NCBI GenBank assembly: GCA_038230375.1
Contig: JBBRNJ010000009.1
Coordinates: 64,001 to 128,000 of the forward strand
Origin: Polyangiales bacterium
GTDB lineage: Bacteria > Myxococcota_A > Polyangia > Polyangiales > Polyangiaceae
DNA: 64,000 nt
Reading direction: 5' to 3'
Below the pieces are notes generated by a model, which made no database searches, was not told where the DNA came from, and saw nothing but the letters and a program-made list of their open reading frames with translations. Below, in pieces: positions 1-9,941 of the stretch (within the stretch, counting starts at the first letter, position 1; each line of letters starts with the position of its first letter). The position numbers and the translations under genes were made by a program.

Positions 1-201
1 GCTTGTGACGTTCGCAAGGAAGAGGGCCTCGCGTGCAAAGCGCTCACGGAGCTCGCTGCCCCGGGCCGAAGGCTCGAGCATCTTGATCGCAACAGGCCGT
101 CCTGTCGCAATATGCACGGCATCGAAGACCTTCGCGGTCGCCCCTGCGCCCAACGCACCGGCAAGCCGGAAGTCGGCTAGTCTCGAAGGCTCGAGCGACA
201 C
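1..201 (-). CDS. Ser/Thr protein kinase, N-terminal fragment (runs off window start)
   Basis: Manual minus-strand translation from GTG at 201: ...FRLAGALGAGATAKVFDAVHIATGRPVAIKML..., i.e. Gly-rich loop plus VAIK. Not in the ORF track. Confidence 0.8.
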   Translation of the reverse strand, partial: MSLEPSRLADFRLAGALGAGATAKVFDAVHIATGRPVAIKMLEPSARGSELRERFAREALFLANVTS

Positions 202-305
202 AGGCGCTATGATACCACGGCGATACAACACCGGTTCCGGCCCGATTGCGGAACGGCCGGCACACTGGTAGGGTACATAGAGTACTTTCGTGATCTCGCA
301 AGCTT

Positions 306-1673
306 ATGGGCCGATCCAACACCAACCATCCCCCGCCTCCTGACCTCCCGTCATTCCGGATCGAGGACGAGGCCCCCGAAGCAAAGCCGCTCGAAGAGAG
401 GCACACCGGAACGGGCCTGGAGCGCCACGACATCCCGTTGCCGGAGGATCGGATCGATCCTGATGCCGCGAAGGTCGTCCGTCGGCTCGAGCGCGCAGGC
501 TTCGAGGCCTATCTGGTCGGCGGCTGCGTTCGCGACCTGATGCTGAATGGCACGCCGAAGGACTTCGACGTGGCGACCAGCGCACGCCCCGACGACGTGA
601 AAAGCCTCTTCCGCAACTGCCGGGTCATCGGCCGGCGCTTCCGCCTCGCGCACGTGCTGTTCGGCGGCGGCAAGGTCGTCGAGGTCGCCACGTTCCGGCG
701 GAACCCTGCGAACATGAGCGGTGGCGAACCTGGAGAGCCTGTCGAGATCGACGACCCCACAGACGACCTCCTCATCCGCAGCGACAACGTCTTCGGCGAA
801 GCACACGAGGACGCGATCCGGCGTGACTTCACCATCAACGCGCTCTTCTACGATCTCGATCGCCGTCAGGTGCTCGACTGGTGCGGCGGTGTCTCGCACA
901 TCCAGCACCGCGTCATCCAGACCATCGGTGAGCCGCGCGTCCGCTTCCGCGAGGACCCCATCCGCATCCTGCGCGCGATCAAGTTCGCGAGCCGCCTCGA
1001 TCTCGGCATCGCCGAGGGCGTGTACGACGCGATCGTGCAGTGCCGCGACGAGCTCTCACGCGCGGCGCGCCCTCGCATCTACGAAGAGATCTTGCGCCTG
1101 ATGCGCGGCGGTGGCGCACACCGCGCCATGTGGCTCCTGTGGGAGACCGGCGCGATGGCGATCCTGTTGCCGGAGCTCTCCTCCTTCCTCGACGACGACG
1201 AGGCCACGAGCGGCGGTGGTGAGCGCTTCTGGAAGCGCATGCAAGCGATCGACCTGAAAACACGGCACGACGGCCCTCGCGACGACCTCGTGCTCTGGTC
1301 CGCGCTCCTCGCCGAGCCTCTGGCCGAGGCGACGTTCCGCGCGAAGGACGTGGGGCTCGCCGCCGCGGATTTCCTCGAGCCGATCGTGGAGCGCATCGCG
1401 ATGCCGCGACGGATCGTGGATGGCCTGCGCAGGATCCTTGGCGTGCTGCCACGGCTGCGCCCGGGTCGCGTCGGGCGCTTCGCGCGGTCGGAGCTCATCG
1501 GCGTGGCGCTCGAGACGCTGGAGCTGGATCTGATGGCGCGCGATCAGCCGCTCGACTCGATCAACGCGATGCGCGAAGAGGTCCTCGCGCTCGCGCCCAC
1601 CGCGATCGCACGCCCCGGCTACGGTCGGAGCCCCGCCTACCGCCGTACAGAGCGCACGGCCCGCCACCGCTAA
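306..1673 (+). CDS. pcnB: Poly(A) polymerase I
   Basis: LVGGCVRD, DFDVAT, RRDFTINAL and EDPIRILRA nucleotidyltransferase motifs; PAP-specific VIGRRFRLAHV signature. Confidence 0.9.
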   Translation: MGRSNTNHPPPPDLPSFRIEDEAPEAKPLEERHTGTGLERHDIPLPEDRIDPDAAKVVRRLERAGFEAYLVGGCVRDLMLNGTPKDFDVATSARPDDVKSLFRNCRVIGRRFRLAHVLFGGGKVVEVATFRRNPANMSGGEPGEPVEIDDPTDDLLIRSDNVFGEAHEDAIRRDFTINALFYDLDRRQVLDWCGGVSHIQHRVIQTIGEPRVRFREDPIRILRAIKFASRLDLGIAEGVYDAIVQCRDELSRAARPRIYEEILRLMRGGGAHRAMWLLWETGAMAILLPELSSFLDDDEATSGGGERFWKRMQAIDLKTRHDGPRDDLVLWSALLAEPLAEATFRAKDVGLAAADFLEPIVERIAMPRRIVDGLRRILGVLPRLRPGRVGRFARSELIGVALETLELDLMARDQPLDSINAMREEVLALAPTAIARPGYGRSPAYRRTERTARHR

Positions 1674-1693
1674 GACGACCCGGAGGCTCCACG

Positions 1694-2329
1694 ATGGCGA
1701 AGGCAGCCGCAGGCGAGCGCGCGACGAAGTCAGAGGATCGGGTGAAGCTCGCGCGCACCACGCTGCTCGAGGGCGTCGGTCGCGAGATCGCGGAGAGCTT
1801 TCCAGGCCTGACACGGCTGGCCGGACAGATCGTCGCTGCGATGTACATCTCCGACGGGCCGCTCTCGATGGACGAGCTCTCGCGCGAGCTCGGTCGCTCC
1901 AAGAGCAACATCTTTGCGAACCTCCGCGGGCTCGAGGCAGCGGGCATCGTCACGCGACAGCGCGAGGCCGGCGCGCGTCACGACAGCTTCGCGCTGCGCG
2001 GAAAATACCCTGACGTGGTCGTGGGCGCGTACGTGTCGCGTCTGCGGCGTGTCGTGGTCGACAAGGTGCAGCTCTCGCAGAAGGCGCTCGACCTCCTGGG
2101 CGACGACGACACCGCCGACGCCCGCGCGCTCCGCGCAAAGCTGAAGGACCTGAAGGCAAAGTACGAGCGCTTCGCGATGCTCTTCGAGAGCGTGATCCCA
2201 GGCGCAGACGGCCCGATCGATCTGGAAGCCCTGCTCGACGTGGTCCCCATGGACCTCATCACGTCGCTGGCCGCCGCCGCCCGGATTGCGCTCGGCCTCA
2301 CGGACAAGCCCGCCAAAAAACCGCGCTGA
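1694..2329 (+). CDS. GbsR/MarR-family winged-helix transcriptional regulator
   Basis: GLTRLAGQIVAAMYISDGPLSMDELSRELGRSKSNIFANLRGL HTH pattern. Confidence 0.75.
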   Translation: MAKAAAGERATKSEDRVKLARTTLLEGVGREIAESFPGLTRLAGQIVAAMYISDGPLSMDELSRELGRSKSNIFANLRGLEAAGIVTRQREAGARHDSFALRGKYPDVVVGAYVSRLRRVVVDKVQLSQKALDLLGDDDTADARALRAKLKDLKAKYERFAMLFESVIPGADGPIDLEALLDVVPMDLITSLAAAARIALGLTDKPAKKPR

Positions 2330-2338
2330 GATGGTCTC

Positions 2339-3439
2339 TTAGGCGGCGGCTGTGATCTCTACTCGGAGGAGCTTGCGGCCTACGAAGAGGTAGTCGCCGT
2401 GGGCGAGCTCGCGCTCGGCCTTGAGACGGACGTAGGTGCCGTTGCGGCTCGAGGCATCCGAGAGCAGGAACTTGCCGCTGGACTCCTCGATCTTGCAGTG
2501 GTTGGCGCTCATGTAGAGGTCCGCCGGGAAGTTCAGCTCGCTGCCCTCGCGGCCGATCTGGAGCGACGCGCCACGCGCGCACACCGTCATGCCCGGTGCG
2601 CCGCCCTGGAGCAGCTGCGTGATCCGGAAGAGCGTCTGGTGCTTCGGCGACGAGTAGAAGAACGTTCCATCCGGTCCCGGCTGATCGTTCGCCTTCGCCG
2701 TCGCGTCCATGCGGAACACCTGCTCGCCCGCGAGGAAGAAGTCCCCCGAGGCGAGCTCCACCGGCTGGCGCACGCGAATGTAGACGCCGTTCAGCGAGCC
2801 CTCGTCCTTCACGACCAGCTTGCCCTGGCGATAGAAGAAGTTCGCGTGCTTCGGAGAGACGTACGGATCATCCGGGAAAACAAGCTGTCCGTTGCGGCCC
2901 ACGATGTGCTGCTCGGCGTTGAGCTGGTAGGAGAGCCCCTCGACGCCTTCGCCGCGGATCAGGATCAGCTTCGCCTTGCCGGGCGCCTGGAGCTGACCGA
3001 AGAACTGCGTGCGCGCGCTCAGGATCTCGGGCGGAACGGGCGCGCCGCATCGACCGCAGAACTTGTGCCCCATCGGCACGGGGGTCGAGCACGAGCGGCA
3101 CACGAAGTTCCTTGCTTGTTCCATGAGCTCCTCCTGAGTCTTTCGCGGGGCGGGCGCCATCGAAGAGCGCCGGGGTCTTTGGGGTTCGGCGGCGGGATCG
3201 CCACCATCTGGTCTGGTCGATCCGCTCGAGCTTGCTGCGACCGCACCGGGCGACCCTCTGGTCTGCAGCGCGGGCGCGACGGGCCGTTGCTGACCCGGCG
3301 CCGGCGAGCGTGAGATCGGGTGCCCACCGCTCTGGTGCGTGAACAGCGCGAGCGAGTGATTGCAGGAAAGGCACGTGGAGGAGAGGAGGACGTTGTACGC
3401 CTCGCACTGCCCACAAACGATGCCGATCTCGACCGCCAT
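2339..3439 (-). CDS. Zinc-ribbon plus tandem FHA domain protein
   Basis: CxxC pairs (CGQC/CLSC, CRSC/CGRC); two FHA repeats GR...SxxH...SxNG. Confidence 0.85.
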   Translation of the reverse strand: MAVEIGIVCGQCEAYNVLLSSTCLSCNHSLALFTHQSGGHPISRSPAPGQQRPVAPALQTRGSPGAVAASSSGSTRPDGGDPAAEPQRPRRSSMAPAPRKTQEELMEQARNFVCRSCSTPVPMGHKFCGRCGAPVPPEILSARTQFFGQLQAPGKAKLILIRGEGVEGLSYQLNAEQHIVGRNGQLVFPDDPYVSPKHANFFYRQGKLVVKDEGSLNGVYIRVRQPVELASGDFFLAGEQVFRMDATAKANDQPGPDGTFFYSSPKHQTLFRITQLLQGGAPGMTVCARGASLQIGREGSELNFPADLYMSANHCKIEESSGKFLLSDASSRNGTYVRLKAERELAHGDYLFVGRKLLRVEITAAA

Positions 3440-3464
3440 TGAAGGACGGCGATCCTACCAAACT

Positions 3465-4100
3465 TCAGTAGAGGAAGGTCAAACGATGGTCCGAGTCCGT
3501 CCAGCCATTCGGCCCAAACACGCGAAAGACGACGTGCTGGCAGGTATTCGGGTCGACCTGGCCGTAGTCGCGGGAGTCGTAGTGCAGCGTGCGGTTGTCA
3601 CTGAGGAGGAAGACCAGGCCGTTGGTGACGCGCGTCTCGAACTTGGTCTCCACGGCGTTGGGAATCGCGAGCGTGGCATGGCGTGACGAGCCGACCTCCT
3701 CGTACGAGCAGTACTCGTCCACATCCGCGCCGACGGCCGGATTGTAGACGGCCACCTGCGCCTGTAGACACGATGAGGTGGTGGACGCGAGGTGATTGTT
3801 CACGGACAGGCGACCTCCGAACACCGAGAGCTCGTGACCGTACGTACCGACCACGCGGCCCACGACGTAGCGATCGGCGCTCAGCGGATCGGAGCAGCGA
3901 ACCATCCACCCGAGGCGCGCACCGAAGCTGCGCGAGACAAACACGTAGTCACCGACGCTCGCGTTCGGCGCAAGAGACGCGCCCATGCGAGGATCGTCCT
4001 CGGTCAGCGTCCACGTGTCCAGGAAGACGCCATAGACGACGCCGCTCACGATCCCGACCAGGATCAAGAGCCATACGATCGCTTTCTTCCCGCCGCTCAT
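3465..4100 (-). CDS. Signal peptidase I (S26)-like protein, catalytic Lys apparently absent
   Basis: N-terminal TM, ASLAP (box B-like), YVVGRVVG (box D-like), SDNR...DSRDYG (box E). Start placed at MSGGKK. Confidence 0.7.
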   Translation of the reverse strand: MSGGKKAIVWLLILVGIVSGVVYGVFLDTWTLTEDDPRMGASLAPNASVGDYVFVSRSFGARLGWMVRCSDPLSADRYVVGRVVGTYGHELSVFGGRLSVNNHLASTTSSCLQAQVAVYNPAVGADVDEYCSYEEVGSSRHATLAIPNAVETKFETRVTNGLVFLLSDNRTLHYDSRDYGQVDPNTCQHVVFRVFGPNGWTDSDHRLTFLY

Positions 4101-4107
4101 CTGTCCT

Positions 4108-5463
4108 TCATGATTGTAGCGGAGAGGGGGACGCCATGGGCAACACCAGGGTGACCTTGGCACCGAAGACCTTGCCGTCGCGCTCCACGTTCTCCGCGGA
4201 GACGTGGCCCCCGTGCGCCTCGACGATGCGACGAACGAGCGACAATCCCAGTCCTGTCCCGGCCTTGGCGGAGGGTGTGCGCGCGACGTCGCCTCGCACG
4301 AACGGGTCGAAGACCCGGGGCAGGAGGTCCTTGTCGATGCCGGGGCCGTCGTCCGTGATGCTCACGGCGACGGTGTCGTCCTTGGCCTGGACGTCCACGT
4401 CGATTCGCGCGTTCTCGCCGGCGTGAGCGCGCGCGTTTCGCAGCACGTTCGACAGCGCCCGTCCGAAGAGCGCCGGGTCCACGAGGACGCGCGAGGCCCG
4501 CGCTGTGTCGGAGATCGTGAGGTGGGCGCCCTTCGCGTCGTCCGACTCGACCGCGCGGCGCACGACCGGCTCGATGGGCTGCGACGTGCGCTTCACGTCG
4601 GAGAGCCCGGCGCGCGCCTGCGCAAGCAGGTCGTCCAGGATGGAGTCCACGGAGACGAGCGCGCGTTCGATCTCCGCCAGGCGAACCTTCTCCTTTTCGC
4701 CAGAGGTGTCGTTCGCGATCTCGAGTGCGACCCGTGCGCGCGCAAGCGGTGTTCTGAGCTCGTGGCTGATGGCGGCAAGGAGCTCGCGCTGGTCCGTGAC
4801 CACGCGCTCGATGCGCTCCGCCATGGAGTCGAACGCGGTCCCCAGCTCGCGGATCTCGTCCGAGACGAAGTGGCGGTTCTTGTGCGAGACCTCCGCGCGC
4901 GCAGAGAGCTCACCGCGACCGAAGCGCTCCGCCGCCTGGGCGACGTCCTCCAGCGGACGCGATAGACGCTTCGCAACGCGACGCGCGCCGACGCCGAGCG
5001 TGGCGATGGCGACGATGAGCGGGATGAGAAAGTAGATGCCGCGCCGCTGCGACACCGCGCCGCGGTACTCCACTGCGCCGAGCAGCTGGTTGCCACGGAA
5101 GACCGGGATGAAGACGCTGCTGCCCTCGAGCACGACGCCGCGCGCGCGCTTGTGGCGCAGGCCGGGCGGAAGCACGTCGGGGTCGGGCCGGAGCACCAGA
5201 TCGAGCCCGGTGGTGTCGCGCAGGCTCTGGAGGTACGCCTCGCGCGCAGGCGGATCATCCCACGTCTTGGCAAGGTGCCCTTCCACGGCACGCGAGACGA
5301 CTGCGACTGGAGCGTCGGGCTCGGGCGTGAGCAGGTGGAACATGATCACGCTGGAGATCGACGCGAGGGCGATCGCGCTCAAGAACCACAGGAACAAGCG
5401 CGCAGAGAGCGTCCGTGAACGACCAAAGTGCCCTCTGCGCCGGATAGCCGTCCCGGCCTTCAC
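4108..5463 (-). CDS. HAMP-domain sensor histidine kinase
   Basis: Two TMs, HAMP, ISHELRTPL H-box, NVLRNA, DDGPG and GTGLGL boxes. Confidence 0.93.
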   Translation of the reverse strand: MKAGTAIRRRGHFGRSRTLSARLFLWFLSAIALASISSVIMFHLLTPEPDAPVAVVSRAVEGHLAKTWDDPPAREAYLQSLRDTTGLDLVLRPDPDVLPPGLRHKRARGVVLEGSSVFIPVFRGNQLLGAVEYRGAVSQRRGIYFLIPLIVAIATLGVGARRVAKRLSRPLEDVAQAAERFGRGELSARAEVSHKNRHFVSDEIRELGTAFDSMAERIERVVTDQRELLAAISHELRTPLARARVALEIANDTSGEKEKVRLAEIERALVSVDSILDDLLAQARAGLSDVKRTSQPIEPVVRRAVESDDAKGAHLTISDTARASRVLVDPALFGRALSNVLRNARAHAGENARIDVDVQAKDDTVAVSITDDGPGIDKDLLPRVFDPFVRGDVARTPSAKAGTGLGLSLVRRIVEAHGGHVSAENVERDGKVFGAKVTLVLPMASPSPLQS

Positions 5464-6188
5464 GGCCTCACCAGCATGTAGCCTATGCCTCGCACGGTCT
5501 TGATGCGTCGCGGGTCGCGAGGGTCGTCCTCGAGCTTCTGCCGAAGGTGGCTGATGTGCACATCGAGAGAGCGGTCCACGGAGGGATCGTAGCGCTCGCC
5601 GGTCAAAGCCGATGCAAGGTCTGCGCGCGGAAGCGGCTCGCCCGCGCGCTTCGCGAGCTCGTGCAGCACGCGAAACTCGAACGAGGTCAGGGGGATTGGC
5701 TTGCCGTCCTTCAGCACGGACATCTCGGCGGGCAAGAGCACCAGGTTGCCGACGGTGATCTTGTCCGTCGCGGCGTCCTTCACTTCGGCGCCTTCCGTGC
5801 GCGGGCGCGCCCGACGGAGGACCGCGCGGATGCGAGCGAGGAGCTCGCGCGGATTGAACGGCTTGGGAAGGTAGTCGTCGGCGCCGAGCTCGAGCCCGAC
5901 GATGCGATCGTCGTCGTTGCCGCGTGCGGTCAGCATCACGATGGGAACCGCGAAGCGAGCGCGGATCTTCCGGCAGACCTCGAAGCCGTCATCGCCGGGG
6001 AGCATCACGTCGAGCAAGACGACATCCACCGCGGACTGTTCCAACCACGCGAGGCCCGCAACGCCGTCGGTGACGTGGCTCACCGTCGCGTCGTGGCTCA
6101 TGAGGTAGTCGTGGAGTAGCCGCGCGAGCTCAGTGTCGTCGTCGATGAGAAGAACGGTGATGGGGGGCTCGGTGTGGGTGGACTCCAC
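5460..6188 (-). CDS. OmpR-family response regulator
   Basis: LIDDD, LLDVMLP, GADDYLPKPF, C-terminal wHTH ending TVRGIGY; overlaps the kinase start. Confidence 0.95.
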   Translation of the reverse strand: MESTHTEPPITVLLIDDDTELARLLHDYLMSHDATVSHVTDGVAGLAWLEQSAVDVVLLDVMLPGDDGFEVCRKIRARFAVPIVMLTARGNDDDRIVGLELGADDYLPKPFNPRELLARIRAVLRRARPRTEGAEVKDAATDKITVGNLVLLPAEMSVLKDGKPIPLTSFEFRVLHELAKRAGEPLPRADLASALTGERYDPSVDRSLDVHISHLRQKLEDDPRDPRRIKTVRGIGYMLVRP

Positions 6189-6194
6189 TTCGCC

Positions 6195-7160
6195 TCACTC
6201 CCCGAGCTCGGCTTCGCGAACGGCTGCGCGCATGTAGCTCTGCACCAGCGAGGCATAGGGACCCTCTTCGTGGCCGCGCTGATAGGTGCGAAGTGCTTCC
6301 ACCGAGGCGGGGTAGTTGTGGGCGCGAAATTGCGCCACGCCCAGCGCGAGCTGCAGCGGATACTCCGGATCCATCGCTCCCAGGCGGCGGATCTTTTCCA
6401 GGCGCCAGGACTCGCGCGCGGCGGACTCGGCGAGGGCGATGTCATGGCACTGCCGTTCGTCCTTCGCTTCCTTGCGCCGCGCGACGAACGAGTCCGTTCG
6501 GCGGGACTCGGCGATCGGGTGCGAGATGTAGAAGGCGTAGAGAGCCCGGTTCTCGTCGAGCGTCAGCGCGAACTCCGGCGCCTTCTCCAGGGCCATGGTC
6601 TGGTTCCACATGATCTTGTAGGCCGCTCGCTGCGCGTCGGGAGGGAGGAGCACCTCGTGGTCCTTGACCCAACCGACGTCGCGCATGCGCTGCACGAAGT
6701 TGCCGCCCAGATCCAGCAGCTCGTCGCTCACCTTGCCGCTCGCCTGGAATGCGTCGACGGCGTCGAGGAAGTGCGCGAGCTGCACCGCCCGCAGGGTGAG
6801 CAACCCCTTCGCCCCCTCCACCGCAGCCGCCTCTCTCACCGCCGTGTCCAGGCTCCTGCGCGCCACATCCACCTGAGCGGTGGTGACGCGCTCGGTCTCC
6901 AGGTGGAGGAAGGTCCGGAACGCCGTTCCCACATTGAGCAAGTGCGGTGACAGCGTGCCGTGCGCTTCCGCGATCCGAGCAAGGTCCTCCGCCTTCACCT
7001 GCGCGAGCGCCCGACCATTCGGGTGTGGCAGAGGAATCTCCTCTGGATCGATGGCGCGCGGCAGCACGAAGGCGGCGACGACCAGCATCGAGACGACGGG
7101 GATGAGCGCCAGCGCCCGCGAGCCCGCTGTTGATGTGGAGCGCCTGCCGTTTTCCTTCAC
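6195..7160 (-). CDS. Hypothetical membrane-anchored helical protein, possible C-terminal TPR
   Basis: N-terminal TM; LALGVAQFRAHNYPASVEAL is TPR-like; same strand directly upstream of the two-component pair. Confidence 0.55.
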   Translation of the reverse strand: MKENGRRSTSTAGSRALALIPVVSMLVVAAFVLPRAIDPEEIPLPHPNGRALAQVKAEDLARIAEAHGTLSPHLLNVGTAFRTFLHLETERVTTAQVDVARRSLDTAVREAAAVEGAKGLLTLRAVQLAHFLDAVDAFQASGKVSDELLDLGGNFVQRMRDVGWVKDHEVLLPPDAQRAAYKIMWNQTMALEKAPEFALTLDENRALYAFYISHPIAESRRTDSFVARRKEAKDERQCHDIALAESAARESWRLEKIRRLGAMDPEYPLQLALGVAQFRAHNYPASVEALRTYQRGHEEGPYASLVQSYMRAAVREAELGE

Positions 7161-7231
7161 TGGTCGTTCTTCTCCGCTGCGGAAGCGAATGCCGCCCCAC
7201 GCGACGATCGCGATGGTACCATTACTGTCTG

Positions 7232-7546
7232 GTGGAACAACGCCGCTCTCTCCCTCGCGCCACGCTCAATCAGCCGCTCGCCTTCAAGCGAAAAGGCAGT
7301 GATGACTCCGTGGGTGGCGTGGGCAGAGACATCTCCGTCGGCGGCATGTTCATCGAGACCGAGACACCTGCGCCGTTCAACACCGAGATCGTCGTTGTCA
7401 CGGAGCTACCCGGTGATCGCGCGCCGCTCTCGCTTCCAGCGGTCGTGCGCTGGACCAAGCCTGGCGGCATGGGCGTGCAGTTCGGCCTCCTGGGCGCACG
7501 CGAGACGCACGTGATCACCGAGCTCACGCGCAACGCAAAGCAGTGA
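7232..7546 (+). CDS. Stand-alone PilZ domain protein
   Basis: RRSLPR (RxxxR) and DISVGG (D/NxSxxG) motifs; GTG start inferred at 7232. Confidence 0.85.
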   Translation: MEQRRSLPRATLNQPLAFKRKGSDDSVGGVGRDISVGGMFIETETPAPFNTEIVVVTELPGDRAPLSLPAVVRWTKPGGMGVQFGLLGARETHVITELTRNAKQ

Positions 7547-7575
7547 GCTCCGTGCCGGCCCGTCGCTGCTGACGG

Positions 7576-7620
7576 CCGTTGCTGGTGAGCCCGTTGCTGG
7601 TGAGCCCGTTACTGGTGAGC
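7576..7620. repeat. Three tandem 15-bp units CCGTT(G/A)CTGGTGAGC
   Basis: Read directly; overlaps the stop codon of the convergent anti-sigma gene. Confidence 0.9.
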
Positions 7621-8940
7621 CGTCTTCAATGAGATGGGCATCGTCACGCTGGCGAGTCCGCCCTGCGCCGGCTCCGTGAAGTGGACCTTGTAGATGGTGC
7701 TTGCCGCGCACTTCTGCACGGCCGGATCGAGCGGGGGCTCGAAGCGTGCAGCCTGCACGTATCCGTCGTCGCCCACGCGAAGGTTCAGGGTGCTCGCAAG
7801 CGTGACAGTGAGCTCGCCCGTGTTGCGGAGCTTCTCCTGCGCGCAGCTCGCGATGGCATCGTTGATCGCGGTGCGTGCATCCACGCGCGGCTCGACGGGT
7901 GCCGGCACGACACCGGGATCCTTCGGGGCGCTCGGGTTTGCCGGACCAGCTTGCGGCTGGGCGACGACGGGAGCCTGCGCAAACACCGGCTTCGCATTCG
8001 AGGGCGACACCGGCTGGGCGTTGCCAGGGACCAAGCTCTCCGGGTCCTGCAGCGCAGGGCCCTGCGGCATGGCATGAGGATCCAGGGGCGCGAACGCCTG
8101 CGTCGGCGAGAGAGCTTCGGCTACGCGGACCTTGTCCACATCCTTGGTCATCGTGAAGGACGTCTCGAGCGACGCCACGTCGAACTCCACGTGCGCCGGT
8201 GCGGTCACGAGCTTGCCGTAGGTGGAGCCGCTCTTGGGCGGGCGACCCACGTTGACGATGCCCTCGGTCAGGTCGAGCGTCACGTGCCCGCCATTGCGCG
8301 CGACCCGAAGATGGGTGCCGTGAACAGCGATGCGAACGCTGTTTGATTCGGAAGGGACGTCAACGGCGAAGGCCTCGCCGCTCGTCACCTTGTCGACCTG
8401 CGCCTCGACCACGCCGCGCGAGAGCGACAGGACGATGGGACGATCGGTCTCGCTGACGGACAGACGCGCGCTCTCGGCCTCGGTCGAACCGGACACCGCG
8501 AACACGACGCGACCGGATGCGCGGAAGATGGCGCGCGAGGTCTCGACCTCGTCACCTCGACGAAGACTGTCACCGCGCCCGAGCGCATGCGGGCTCTTGG
8601 ATGCGCCCGAGAGGGAGACGACTGAGCCGGACTCGAGCGCACCAGCGCCAGGATCCGCCGCGGTGTTCTGGTCGGAGCCGCGGTTGTCGGAGGCGAGGGA
8701 CGCCGACTCCATGCGCAACCCATCCGAGCGTGCGATGACGAGCGCCGCCGCCGCTGCCATGGCGAGCGCGCCGATGCCCATGCTGACGCGCGAGCGCAGC
8801 TTGCGGCGCGCGCTCTCCGCGGACACACGCGCCATCAGCGCGGCTTCCATGCGGTCGAAGTCGAGGTCCGGGCCTGCATCCTTGCGGAGCTCGTTCTTGA
8901 ATCGCTCGGGCTTGCTCATGGTGTCGTCGTGATGGCTCAT
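7609..8940 (-). CDS. FecR-like anti-sigma factor with Pro-rich linker and C-terminal TonB-C-like domain
   Basis: Short cytoplasmic N-terminus, TM, FecR-like VHGTHLRV...LTEGIVNV; coupled to the ECF sigma gene. Confidence 0.7.
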   Translation of the reverse strand: MSHHDDTMSKPERFKNELRKDAGPDLDFDRMEAALMARVSAESARRKLRSRVSMGIGALAMAAAAALVIARSDGLRMESASLASDNRGSDQNTAADPGAGALESGSVVSLSGASKSPHALGRGDSLRRGDEVETSRAIFRASGRVVFAVSGSTEAESARLSVSETDRPIVLSLSRGVVEAQVDKVTSGEAFAVDVPSESNSVRIAVHGTHLRVARNGGHVTLDLTEGIVNVGRPPKSGSTYGKLVTAPAHVEFDVASLETSFTMTKDVDKVRVAEALSPTQAFAPLDPHAMPQGPALQDPESLVPGNAQPVSPSNAKPVFAQAPVVAQPQAGPANPSAPKDPGVVPAPVEPRVDARTAINDAIASCAQEKLRNTGELTVTLASTLNLRVGDDGYVQAARFEPPLDPAVQKCAASTIYKVHFTEPAQGGLASVTMPISLKTAHQ

Positions 8941-9653
8941 CGGGTTTCACCCTCGGAGAAGAGGCCCCCGGCCTTGCGCTCGTCTGTGGTCACGAGCGAG
9001 GCAAGCGACGGCTCCTGTGCCATCATCTCCTCGATCTCGCGTCGTGCATAGAAGAGGCGCGTGCGCACCGTGAGAACGGGTGCATCCACGACCTCGGAGA
9101 TCTCTGCGGGCGACATGCCCTCCAGCTCGTGAAGTACGAAGACAACGCGCTTCTTCTCGGCGAGGCGATCGAGCACGCGGCGGAACGCGCGCATGCGCTC
9201 GTGGCGCGCCGCGTCCTCGTCCGGCCAGCGCGTGCGATCGTCGGCGACGTGATCCTGAGGCGCCTCTTCCGTGAGGACAGGGCGGGACTTCTGCGCGCGG
9301 CGCTGCATGAGCACGACGTTCACCGTGACGCGATGGAGCCACGTGGTGAACTTCGCGTCGCCGCGGAAGTCGGGCAAGCTGCGGTAGACCTGGAAGAAGA
9401 CCTCCTGGACGACGTCGTCGAGGTCACCGCGGGCGCCGAGCATCCGATACACGAGCCGGGCGACGTCCGAGCGATGCCGACGGAAGAGCTCCTTGAATGC
9501 TGCCGCGTCACCATGGCCCGCACGCTGGACGAGCGCGGTATCCTCGGACGCCGAGCGCCCACCAGGCGCGCCATGAACAGGCGCGAGATCTGGGGAGGAG
9601 TTCGCGTCGCTCATGGTCGGAGTTGCGGGAAGAAGGTCGAGTGCAATCGCCAC
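8937..9653 (-). CDS. ECF RNA polymerase sigma factor
   Basis: DDVVQEVF, FTTWLHRVTVN (region 2); LEGMSPAEIS...TVRTRLFYAR (region 4). Confidence 0.93.
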   Translation of the reverse strand: MAIALDLLPATPTMSDANSSPDLAPVHGAPGGRSASEDTALVQRAGHGDAAAFKELFRRHRSDVARLVYRMLGARGDLDDVVQEVFFQVYRSLPDFRGDAKFTTWLHRVTVNVVLMQRRAQKSRPVLTEEAPQDHVADDRTRWPDEDAARHERMRAFRRVLDRLAEKKRVVFVLHELEGMSPAEISEVVDAPVLTVRTRLFYARREIEEMMAQEPSLASLVTTDERKAGGLFSEGETR

Positions 9654-9741
9654 AGACAGTCCGGTGCGACCGCCACAGCAATCATTCAGGACTTTCCTCC
9701 CTGTGGTCGGGCACTTCCCACCCCACGCACTTTATCCGACA

Positions 9742-9828
9742 TCAGGCGCGGCGACGACCGCGATTCACCAGATTCAGTGCGTCAGCGACCACGACCACCA
9801 CGAGGACCGAAAATGCAAATACCGCCAT
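9742..9828 (-). CDS. Putative 28-aa hydrophobic peptide MAVFAFSVLVVVVVADALNLVNRGRRRA
   Basis: Manual translation; below ORF-track cutoff; one TM-like stretch and a basic tail. Confidence 0.35.
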   Translation of the reverse strand: MAVFAFSVLVVVVVADALNLVNRGRRRA

Positions 9829-9941
9829 GAACGTGCAATCTGCACGCTTCTCATGGCGGTACCAACTTTCCTGCTCAGATGACTCCTACCTCCACTCCAT
9901 GGATGCGAGCGGGGATCAGGTTGGGCGAGGGCCCAGGTCTC

